A stretch of 64,000 nucleotides of DNA from Halarcobacter sp. Lineage in GTDB: Bacteria; Campylobacterota; Campylobacteria; Campylobacterales; Arcobacteraceae. The stretch spans positions 1,600,001 through 1,664,000 of the forward strand of contig OY781089.1 in NCBI GenBank assembly GCA_963676565.1, in the 5' to 3' direction. A program made the position numbers and the translations under genes. Positions 55,984 to 64,000 of this stretch are shown piece after piece (the first letter of the stretch is position 1; the number at the start of each line of letters is the position of its first letter). The notes beneath the pieces are model-generated. The model was not told where the DNA came from, did not search any database, and was given only the letters and a program-made list of their open reading frames with translations.

Positions 55984-57111
55984 ATGGAACCTAAAAAAAT
56001 TATTGAATTTGTTAGACAAAAAGACTTTAAATTTATAAAAGAAATTGGTAGAGGTTCTTTTGGCGAAACAGTATTATTAGAAGATGAATATATTGATTAT
56101 GAATTTGTTTGCAAAAAATATTCACCTTTTGAATTTATAGATAAAGAAGCTTTTTATAAAAATTTCATTAATGAAATTAAAACTTTACACCTTCTTTACA
56201 ATAGAAATATTGTAAGAGTATTTAATTATTATTTATACCCAAAATTGCATCTAGGTTATTTGATGATGGAATATATCAATGGTGAAACAATTTCTGATTA
56301 TTTAGAAAAGTATCCAGAAAATTTGAATGATATATTTAAACAAGTAATTGAAGGGTTTTCATATTTAGAATCGCATAAAATATTACATAGAGACATTAGA
56401 GATAATAATATTCTTGTTGATGATAAAGGAATAGTAAAAATTATAGATTTTGGATTTTCGAAGAAAATAAATTTCGATGGTGATAATCAAAAGAGTATAT
56501 CAATTAATTGGATAAGCAGTGTACTACCTGATGATTTTAAAATGGAAATTTATGACCATACTACAGAAATTTTCTTTGTTGGTAAGTTGTTCGAAGACAT
56601 AATGAGCCAAATAAACAGTTCATTTAAATATAAAACTATATTAAAAAAAATGATTGAAGTAAATCCTAAACATAGAATTTCTTCTTTTAAACTAATTCTG
56701 AAAGAAATTAATGAAAAATCTTTTACTTTAAATTTGTTTAATAAAGATGAAAAAAGTATTTACAAAAATTTAGCAGAATCTTTTTCTACTGGAATAGTAA
56801 AAAGAGAAGAATCTTCTAATATAATTAGTGATATTGATAAAATCATTAAAAATCTTGATACATTGCATCAAAAGACAATGCTTGAAGATTTTGTTAATTC
56901 TAAACATTTATTAAGAGTATTTATAGATGGTGAATATCAGTTTTCAAATACGCTAGTTGAAGTTGAAAGTATTCAAAATTTTACTTCTTTCTTTAAAAGT
57001 ATTTCTAGAGAAAAACAAAATATAATTTTATATCATTTATCGACAAGGTTTGATGATGTTTTTAAATATTCAAATAATGTATATATTGATGATGAAGAAA
57101 TACCTTTCTAG
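55984..57111 (+). CDS. Hanks-type Ser/Thr protein kinase with an unknown C-terminal domain and acidic IPF tail
   Basis: GRGSFG, VCKK, helix-C Glu (NEI), HRDIRDNN, DFG; no TM; ends IDDEEIPF. Confidence 0.92.
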   Translation: MEPKKIIEFVRQKDFKFIKEIGRGSFGETVLLEDEYIDYEFVCKKYSPFEFIDKEAFYKNFINEIKTLHLLYNRNIVRVFNYYLYPKLHLGYLMMEYINGETISDYLEKYPENLNDIFKQVIEGFSYLESHKILHRDIRDNNILVDDKGIVKIIDFGFSKKINFDGDNQKSISINWISSVLPDDFKMEIYDHTTEIFFVGKLFEDIMSQINSSFKYKTILKKMIEVNPKHRISSFKLILKEINEKSFTLNLFNKDEKSIYKNLAESFSTGIVKREESSNIISDIDKIIKNLDTLHQKTMLEDFVNSKHLLRVFIDGEYQFSNTLVEVESIQNFTSFFKSISREKQNIILYHLSTRFDDVFKYSNNVYIDDEEIPF

Positions 57112-57177
57112 GTAAAGTAGTTATATATTTAGCATTATTATAAATTAAGTTATACTCAAAAACTATTTTTATGCTTT

Positions 57178-57300
57178 GTGTTATTTATCTCTTTTGCGTG
57201 ACTAAAAACTTGCTAAAACATTTTGTAAGAACGTTTCTTTACGCTTCAAACAGTTTACTCACTTGTTTTTATAAGAGATAAATAACGCTCGGCTTCAAAA
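57178..57300 (-). other. Structured non-coding element, copy 1 (ncRNA, MITE-like or ssDNA hairpin; class unknown)
   Basis: Perfect 14-bp inverted repeat 57180-57193/57273-57286 enclosing nested stems. Confidence 0.55.
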
Positions 57301-57402
57301 ATGTAGAGAGGTTGGATAAGGACATTTGGTTTATTTGTTACCATTTTATTTGAGTTTGTGTCGTATTAAATCTAGGTATGAAAGTTTACAGCTTTTTTCA
57401 GT

Positions 57403-57623
57403 CCAGACTTTGTTGAAGCCGGAAGGTTTTTAATTCTTTTCGAAAAAGCCTGAGAATGTTTGAGATAAAAAGGTGACTAAATGTCACGTTTTTATTGAGT
57501 TTCGCAAGGCAAAAAATAAGTACAAACATGTAGGGAAGCTCTGCCTTCAACAATGTGTCTGGTTGCTTTTTGCCATACTTTTTTCAACAAAAAAGTGTGA
57601 AAGCGTACTCACCTCATGAGTAC
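57403..57623 (+). other. Structured non-coding element, copy 2, plus two 3' hairpins
   Basis: Stems 57403-57418/57545-57562, 57465-57477/57483-57495, 57574-57584/57589-57599, 57605-57611/57617-57623. Confidence 0.55.
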
Positions 57624-57655
57624 AAGACCAAGAGAAGTATTTAACTCCTCAAAAT

Positions 57656-57925
57656 CTACTTATGGGAATGACTTTCTGCAATCAAGCCTTGAATTTTTTC
57701 ATAAACTTCATTAGCTTGTTCATCCTCAATTTTTCCTTCATTTACAGCATAAATAATATTTTGTAACTCTACAAGAAAAGACTCCATATCTCTTACTTCT
57801 TCCATATTCTCATCTGTTTGTTCTTTTTTTTCAATAATTGTATGTAAATCATATAGATATGCTTCTACCTCTGGTATCATTGTCTTTTCTATAACTTCTA
57901 ATAAATCTTTTTTAATCTGTGTCAT
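57656..57925 (-). CDS. Hypothetical acidic helical protein; start at 57925 preferred
   Basis: AAGGA upstream of MTQIKKDLL. Confidence 0.7.
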   Translation of the reverse strand: MTQIKKDLLEVIEKTMIPEVEAYLYDLHTIIEKKEQTDENMEEVRDMESFLVELQNIIYAVNEGKIEDEQANEVYEKIQGLIAESHSHK

Positions 57926-58166
57926 AATTTTATATATCCTTATATTTTTTATATTATATCTTATCAATCCCCTTATTTATATTTTTTTATAGCTTTAAAA
58001 TATGAAAATATAATTTTTCAATTCAAGTAAAATATTAAGTTACAAATTCTCTAATATATTTTATTTAAAATAAACATTAACTATATAAACTATATACAAT
58101 TTCTCTTCCAATTTACAAAAAAATTTAGTATATTATTCTTTGGGAAAAGTACAAGAAGGATAATAT

Positions 58167-59411
58167 ATGAAAAAAGACATAATTATTATTGGTGGTGGTA
58201 TTGTTGGATTAACTTGCGCTTACTTTTTAAATAAAGCAGGACGAGAAGTAACAATTATTGATGAAGGGAATATTACTAATTCTACATCATTTGGAAATGC
58301 TGGCTTACTTTCAGCTTTTGACAAATCCCCATTAAGTTATCCTGGCGTTGTTACAAATACTTTAAAACTGATGCTTAAAAATCAATCCCCTGCAATAGTC
58401 CATCCTACAACAGATTTAAATGTATATAAATGGTTATTGAAATTTGTAGTAAATGCAAATGAAAAAAGAACAAATAAAACTATGATGTTATTTGAAAAAT
58501 ATGGTGAGATTTCAAATAGACTTTATAAAAAAATGCAAAAAGATGACAACTTAGATTTTGATTTTCACCATGATGGGATGTTATCTATTTTCACAGAAGA
58601 AAAAACATACCAAGAAAAATTAAAAAAATACAATTATGTCGATGAAAAAAGATTTAAGATTTTAGATAAAGAAGAGATTAGTGAGTATTTGCCAAGTGGT
58701 ACTGAAAAGATTAAAGGTGGAATTTTATTTAAAAAAAATGCAAGATTTGATCCTAAAAGAGCAATGCATGAATTAAAAAGGCACTTGGAAGAATCAGGTG
58801 TAGAGTTTATATTAAATGAAAAAATTGACAATATAAGTTTTAAAGATAGTAAAGTAAGTTATATACACTCTAAAAATGGTGAATTTTACGAAGCAGAACA
58901 TTTTATTATGTCAACTGGATATCAAACGCTTTTAGCTGATATTAGAAAAAAACCATTGATGATGACACCTGCAAAAGGTTATAGTATAACTTTTAATATG
59001 CCAGAAGAGTTAATGCCAAAAGTATCAACCTTATTTAATGACTTGTTTATTGTTATGACTCCAAGACGGGATAATGTAAGATTAACCTCTAAACTTGAAA
59101 TAGGTAGTGATGACCCAAAAGTTGTTAAAAAACAAATTGACAGTATCAAGAAAAACTTTTTTGAATATAATAAAAATTTTGAGATGCTTAATGAAGAGTT
59201 TTGGAGTGGCTTTAGACCTTTAACACCAAATGATATTCCACTTATTGGAAGAGATGATGAGATTAAAAACTTAACGTATGCTATGGGACTAGGTTGGCTT
59301 GGTATGACATTTGCTCCAGCTGTTGGTAAAATTATTACAGAACTAGTAGTTAAAGATAAATCAAATGCCAAATCTGACGATATATTATTGTTTTCTGGAT
59401 TTTATCAGTAA
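58167..59411 (+). CDS. D-amino acid dehydrogenase (DadA-like)
   Basis: GGGIVG, TSFGNAG, PAKGYS, WSGFRPLTP..IPLIG. Confidence 0.88.
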   Translation: MKKDIIIIGGGIVGLTCAYFLNKAGREVTIIDEGNITNSTSFGNAGLLSAFDKSPLSYPGVVTNTLKLMLKNQSPAIVHPTTDLNVYKWLLKFVVNANEKRTNKTMMLFEKYGEISNRLYKKMQKDDNLDFDFHHDGMLSIFTEEKTYQEKLKKYNYVDEKRFKILDKEEISEYLPSGTEKIKGGILFKKNARFDPKRAMHELKRHLEESGVEFILNEKIDNISFKDSKVSYIHSKNGEFYEAEHFIMSTGYQTLLADIRKKPLMMTPAKGYSITFNMPEELMPKVSTLFNDLFIVMTPRRDNVRLTSKLEIGSDDPKVVKKQIDSIKKNFFEYNKNFEMLNEEFWSGFRPLTPNDIPLIGRDDEIKNLTYAMGLGWLGMTFAPAVGKIITELVVKDKSNAKSDDILLFSGFYQ

Positions 59412-59425
59412 GTAAAAAATTTAAA

Positions 59426-59932
59426 TTAGTTTCTTAAATTTTGAGTATAAGCTTGTAACTGTTCGTTTACTTTTGGTGTTTGTATTTCTTTATTCACAAT
59501 ATCCATAATAGAAGCATATGCTGATAATTCAACTTCACCAGTACCTTGGTTGTTTCCTTTTAAGGATTCAATCAAGCTTGAAGTTAAATCTGTAATATTT
59601 TGATTATTTTGTTCATCTACAGAAAAATTTTGAGGTTTAACCCCTAATTCTTCTAAAGTATTTGTAAAATCTTCATTTGAAATTTTACCCTCTTTTAAAT
59701 CATTAAAAGAAGAGACTATATTATCTTGTAATTCTTGAAACTCAATACTCTCTTGAGATATAGGATTTATTGCAACAGCAGTTGCAGGCAATTCTAAACC
59801 ACTTACTCTATTTGTAGCTAGTGATTCCTCATTGGAAGGACTATTAACAACAGCAATATTTTCAGCAGAAACTTCAGATACATCAAATGGATCATAAGCT
59901 GAATAGATTGGATCTACAGGTGCAATTTGCAT
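59426..59932 (-). CDS. Hypothetical protein
   Basis: 168-aa ORF with AAGGAGG SD; no motif recognised. Confidence 0.7.
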   Translation of the reverse strand: MQIAPVDPIYSAYDPFDVSEVSAENIAVVNSPSNEESLATNRVSGLELPATAVAINPISQESIEFQELQDNIVSSFNDLKEGKISNEDFTNTLEELGVKPQNFSVDEQNNQNITDLTSSLIESLKGNNQGTGEVELSAYASIMDIVNKEIQTPKVNEQLQAYTQNLRN

Positions 59933-59999
59933 AATAACCTCCTTTTTCTTAGATAATTATACCATAATCAGTCAAAAAAAAGAAATATTATCAATAATA

Positions 60000-60629
60000 T
60001 TATTCTATTACATTTAATAGATTTTTACCCTTTGTAGTTAGATAGGGTAAAATCATAAATTCAAAAAAAATCTCTTTTGCTTCTTTTATTGATTCTCTTG
60101 TAACATCACCTGTTATTGAAGCAAATGCTTGCCAGTATGAAGTTATAAACCAATGAAGTTTTGCTCTTTTTTCTAAATTATCATTTATGGAAGAAACTAA
60201 AATATCCTCATTTATAAAGAACTCTAAATTATCTTGAATTTGTAGTATTCTTTTTTGTTGATTTTTTACAAATAGTTCTTTTAAGCTAGGATTTAATGCC
60301 ATGATAACCATTGAGTCTCTTAATAAAAAACGATATTCATAAAAAAGTTCTCCCATTTTGTCAAAGTTTACTTGTAGTTGTTTTAAAGGATTAGATGAAA
60401 TTTTTATTAGTTCAAAACTTTTTTGTGAAGAGTAAACTTGTGATAAATCCATATATAAAGATAAAATAATCTCTTCTTTGTTTTTAAAATGATAATAAAG
60501 ATTACCAGGAGAAATATCTGCTTCTTTTGCTATATGGTTTGTAGTTATACTTAAAGTGTCGTTTTCATTAAACAATTTTAGTGCAGCATTTTTTATTTTG
60601 TCAATTGTTGATATCTTCTTTTTTTTCAT
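60000..60629 (-). CDS. TetR/AcrR family transcriptional regulator
   Basis: [32 protein letters not shown] 60629 preferred. Confidence 0.95.
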   Translation of the reverse strand: MKKKKISTIDKIKNAALKLFNENDTLSITTNHIAKEADISPGNLYYHFKNKEEIILSLYMDLSQVYSSQKSFELIKISSNPLKQLQVNFDKMGELFYEYRFLLRDSMVIMALNPSLKELFVKNQQKRILQIQDNLEFFINEDILVSSINDNLEKRAKLHWFITSYWQAFASITGDVTRESIKEAKEIFFEFMILPYLTTKGKNLLNVIE

Positions 60630-60645
60630 GGGATATTTTAACATA

Positions 60646-60684
60646 TTAGAGCTTTTACTTTAAAAATTAGAGTAATTACTCTAA
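60646..60684. promoter_or_regulatory. Probable tandem TetR operators
   Basis: Perfect palindrome TTAGAGTAATTACTCTAA (60667-60684) and degenerate copy TTAGAGCTTTTACTTTAA (60646-60663). Confidence 0.75.
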
Positions 60685-60760
60685 AATTAAGTTTATCTAG
60701 TTTATACTGTCGTTATATGTTAATTTATTTACATTTTATTTTAAATATAAAGGAGTTTTT

Positions 60761-61327
60761 ATGTCAGAGCCAAAGCCAGGAGCAGGGTTACCTTTCTGTG
60801 AAAGAATTTTTATAAAATATATTGGTGTAACATGTGCAAGAGTTTTTTTATCTTGGGATAATTCATTGAAATTATTTCAAAAAGAATCACTAAAAATAAA
60901 AGAACTTATAAAAGATATACCTCAAGAAAAACTTCAACAAAGAGTAAAAATAGATAGAGTATTTGGTATTGAAGATCATAGTTGCAATTATTCTATAAAT
61001 ATGACATTAGAGCATTTATCAATTGTCATTACAGCAATGATTTTTCTAATTGATTCTTTATCAAAAGAGAATGTGATAGAAAAAGAGGTAAAAATTGAAG
61101 AGGTAAAACCAAGTCAAAATGGAAATGATGAAGATAAAAAGTTTTTTCAAAGTGTTGACAAATATGTATCGTTCATTGAAAAGCATCCTAAAAATATATC
61201 TAAAGCAACTAAGTCACACCCTTGGTTTGTAGAATTCAATAATAAAGATTGGGCAACATTTTGTTTCATTCATACAGCAGTTCATCGAAGACAAATTGAA
61301 GCTATTATAAAAAAATTGAATTCTTAG
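60761..61327 (+). CDS. DinB-superfamily protein
   Basis: YS..MTLEHL, HPWF, HTAVHRRQI. Confidence 0.7.
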   Translation: MSEPKPGAGLPFCERIFIKYIGVTCARVFLSWDNSLKLFQKESLKIKELIKDIPQEKLQQRVKIDRVFGIEDHSCNYSINMTLEHLSIVITAMIFLIDSLSKENVIEKEVKIEEVKPSQNGNDEDKKFFQSVDKYVSFIEKHPKNISKATKSHPWFVEFNNKDWATFCFIHTAVHRRQIEAIIKKLNS

Positions 61328-61393
61328 ACTTTTAAAATATTTTCTTTGTTTATGATGTTATACTTTCTTTTATAATTTAGATAAAGGATTAGA

Positions 61394-61744
61394 ATGATTA
61401 CTAGAAAAATTGTAAATGAGAAAATGAGTAGAATAGTTGAGCATAATGGTACAATTTATCTAGCGGGTATTGTTTCAGATGACAAAGAATTAGATATAAA
61501 AGTTCAAGCAAAAAGAGCTTTAGAAATAGTTGATGAAAGATTAAAACAAGCAGGAAGTAATAAACATAATATCCTAAGAACAGAAATATTTTTAAAAGAT
61601 ATTTATAGGGATTTTAATGATTTCAATGATGTTTGGAAAGCTTGGATTCCCCAAGATGATAAACCAGCGAGATCTTGTGTTCAAGCAAATATGGCAAGCC
61701 ATAATACTTTAGTAGAATTGGTTATAACAGCAGCAAAGATTTAA
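61394..61744 (+). CDS. RidA/YjgF family protein (YoaB-like)
   Basis: IYLAG, FNDVW..W, PARSCV, VELVITA. Confidence 0.93.
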   Translation: MITRKIVNEKMSRIVEHNGTIYLAGIVSDDKELDIKVQAKRALEIVDERLKQAGSNKHNILRTEIFLKDIYRDFNDFNDVWKAWIPQDDKPARSCVQANMASHNTLVELVITAAKI

Positions 61745-61757
61745 ATAAGAGTTTAAA

Positions 61758-63035
61758 TTAACTCTTATTTAAAATATCATTGGCAGCTCTAATTCCAGAT
61801 GCCCAAGCAGCAGTAATACCCCTAGAAGTTCCAGCCCCATCACCTATAATATAATATCCTTCTTTTACACAAAAGTTCTTATTTATAAATTGAGGTCTAT
61901 TTGAGTAGGTTTTTATTTCAGGATAATAAAGTATTGTAGAAGGGTGTAATACCCCTGGAACAATTGAATCAAGTTTTTTAAGTGCACTCCAGATATCTCT
62001 TAATATCTTTGCAGGCATACTAAGAGATAAATCTCCTGCAACTGCATTTGATAAAGAGGGTTTAAAGTCATATAAATCATTGTTAAAACTCTCTTTTTTA
62101 CTTCTTGAACCTAATCTAAAGTCACCAACTCTTTGCATAATAACAGAACCACCAGAAAGTTGCATAACCATTTCACCAAGTATTTTACCAAACTGTTGAC
62201 CACTTACAACAGGTTCTGTTAATCTAATAGTTTTAAGCATTGCAAAATTTACAAGTTTGTTAGGTTTTTTGTCCCTTGACATAGAGTGTCCATTTACAGA
62301 GTAATAACCTTTGTATTTTTCCCTAACTATATGAGCACAACCAGAATTTGTACAGAAAGTTCTTACCTTATTTGGAAATAAAATTTTAGGGTCATAATAC
62401 TCTTTTACTATTGGATAGTTTTCCTCTTTTAATTCAACTCTTATTCCAATATCTACAATATTATCTTTGTATTCAACGCCTATTCTATCCATCTGCTTTT
62501 GCATCCAGTCATAATCAGCTCTACCTGGGCCAAGTATGATATTATCAAAAGTAATAATCTCTCCAGTAGCAAGGGTTAACTCTTTTTTATTTTCATTTAA
62601 TTGTTCTACTTGAGTTTCTAAAGCAACACTTACACCAAGCACTTTTAATTTATCAATTAAAGAGTTAATCAAAGCGGATGATTTATCAGTTCCAACATGG
62701 GCTTGGTCTATTGCTAAAATATTAACATCAAGTTTTTTAGCCCTTTGGATATATTTTTCAATATCAAGTCTAGTTTCCATTTTAGGATTTAAATGCTGTT
62801 TTACCTCTTCAAGTAATTCATCCGCATCTTCTTTTTCCCAATGTTCAAAGGGGAAACCAACTGGATATGTGTAGTTTTGTTTACAATCATTTCGTAAACC
62901 ACCAGAGCTTATTTTTTTCTTTTCTATTAAAAGAATAGATTGATTAGAGTTTTCAGCTAATTTAAAAGCAGCTCCTAGTCCAGATGGCCCAGAACCTACA
63001 ATTATTGAGTTATAGTGTGTATTAAATTTTTCCAT
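61758..63035 (-). CDS. FAD-dependent oxidoreductase, uncharacterised family
   Basis: GSGPSG, DIGIRVE, VRTFCTN, VNGHS, GDGAGTSRG. Confidence 0.85.
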   Translation of the reverse strand: MEKFNTHYNSIIVGSGPSGLGAAFKLAENSNQSILLIEKKKISSGGLRNDCKQNYTYPVGFPFEHWEKEDADELLEEVKQHLNPKMETRLDIEKYIQRAKKLDVNILAIDQAHVGTDKSSALINSLIDKLKVLGVSVALETQVEQLNENKKELTLATGEIITFDNIILGPGRADYDWMQKQMDRIGVEYKDNIVDIGIRVELKEENYPIVKEYYDPKILFPNKVRTFCTNSGCAHIVREKYKGYYSVNGHSMSRDKKPNKLVNFAMLKTIRLTEPVVSGQQFGKILGEMVMQLSGGSVIMQRVGDFRLGSRSKKESFNNDLYDFKPSLSNAVAGDLSLSMPAKILRDIWSALKKLDSIVPGVLHPSTILYYPEIKTYSNRPQFINKNFCVKEGYYIIGDGAGTSRGITAAWASGIRAANDILNKS

Positions 63036-63097
63036 AAAAATATTATAACTAAAATTGATTACTATAAAGAATCATTTTTATACAATTATGATACAGA

Positions 63098-63514
63098 CTA
63101 AAATACAAACGATATGTCAATTATACTTATATGATAAATTTGAACCTTTACTCCAGAAGAATCTAAAATAGAATATTTAATTAATAAATCATTTGGATTT
63201 TCCAACTCACTGTTTTTATTTACAAAGTTAGTATACTTATCTTTATCTATAATAGAGTAAACAAATTGAGCTTTTTTCTTAAATTCTTCATTATTAATAT
63301 ATAAATCAAAAACTTCTTTTTGTGTAACTTCGTCATATTTATCTATGAAATTTGTTTTATATAATTCTTCTACTAAATCAGTTTTTTTAAATTCATTACT
63401 ATTATATAAATAATACTCTTCATCTAATATCTCTTCTAATCCTTTAGATATTTCAAAGTGGTTATATTTTTTATAACCATTGTCATCTTCTATTAAATGT
63501 GTTTTTTGAATCAC
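63098..63514 (-). CDS. Hypothetical protein
   Basis: GTG start with AAGGAG SD. Confidence 0.7.
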   Translation of the reverse strand: MIQKTHLIEDDNGYKKYNHFEISKGLEEILDEEYYLYNSNEFKKTDLVEELYKTNFIDKYDEVTQKEVFDLYINNEEFKKKAQFVYSIIDKDKYTNFVNKNSELENPNDLLIKYSILDSSGVKVQIYHISIIDISFVF

Positions 63515-63666
63515 ATTGTCTCCTTTTTAAAAATATAACTTTATATAAATTGTCATAAAAATAGGGTTAAACTTTTAAAACGCTTAAAAGATACCATAAT
63601 CAATACTAGTTATCCTTTTAAAAAGGAAAAAAATATTAGAAAATATTCACAGAAACACCATAACTC

Positions 63667-63695
63667 TTGACATTTAATACAAATTTTATTATAAT
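63667..63695 (+). promoter_or_regulatory. Consensus sigma70 promoter of the S10 operon
   Basis: TTGACA-17 bp-TATAAT followed by GC-rich ACGCGCCC. Confidence 0.9.
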
Positions 63696-63763
63696 ACGCG
63701 CCCACTAAAAGTGGTTAGAGTGCTTTTTTCGGCACGTCTAACGAGTTCTTTAAAGGAAAAAAC

Positions 63764-64000
63764 ATGGAAAAAATTAGATTAAAGCTTAAAGCTTATGATC
63801 ATAGAGTTTTAGACAGAAGTGTTGCTTCAATCGTTGAAGCTGTTAAAAGAACTGGTGCTGAGTTGAGAGGTCCTATTCCTCTTCCAACAAAGATCAGAAA
63901 ATATACAGTTCTTAAAGGTCCTCACGTAAACAAAGACGCTAGAGAACAATTCGAAATTAGAGTTCACACAAGAATGATTGATATCATCGCTGCAACTCCA
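63764..64000 (+). CDS. rpsJ: 30S ribosomal protein S10, 3'-truncated by the window edge
   Basis: Manual translation [38 protein letters not shown]. Confidence 0.99.
   Translation, partial: MEKIRLKLKAYDHRVLDRSVASIVEAVKRTGAELRGPIPLPTKIRKYTVLKGPHVNKDAREQFEIRVHTRMIDIIAATP

Noticed and set aside
57112..57655. Retron msr/msd, IS remnant, tRNA or riboswitch
   Set aside because: No reverse transcriptase or transposase nearby, and no cloverleaf or riboswitch consensus recognised; kept only as an unclassified structured element

Overview
Very AT-rich chromosomal segment of a Campylobacterota bacterium, most likely Arcobacteraceae (inferred from gene order and protein sequences, not a database search). 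It is mostly housekeeping: rpiB-lepB-folD, rplY-pth, pyrH-rpoZ-spoT-tyrS-fabX-amiA, pdxJA, trpE, glyA-lysS, ispG, dnaB, apt-trpB-pepA, ychF, recO, thiL-truD, ruvA-ddl-murF and the start of the S10 operon, with signalling genes interspersed. I found no rRNA, tRNA, CRISPR array, transposase or integrase. The best candidate for an undescribed system is 55984-57625: a soluble Hanks-type Ser/Thr kinase ending in an SSB-like tail (IDDEEIPF), followed by a ~540-bp non-coding gap holding two diverged, oppositely oriented copies of a multi-stem structured element. Other notable points: amiA appears to start at a non-canonical ATT codon 107 codons upstream of the ORF-track start; two small membrane proteins are missing from the ORF track; there is a perfect 41-bp tandem duplication of a terminator, a perfect TetR-type operator, a Fur/PerR-like box, several probable leaderless genes and a structured rpsJ leader. 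All family calls are from motif recognition by eye.
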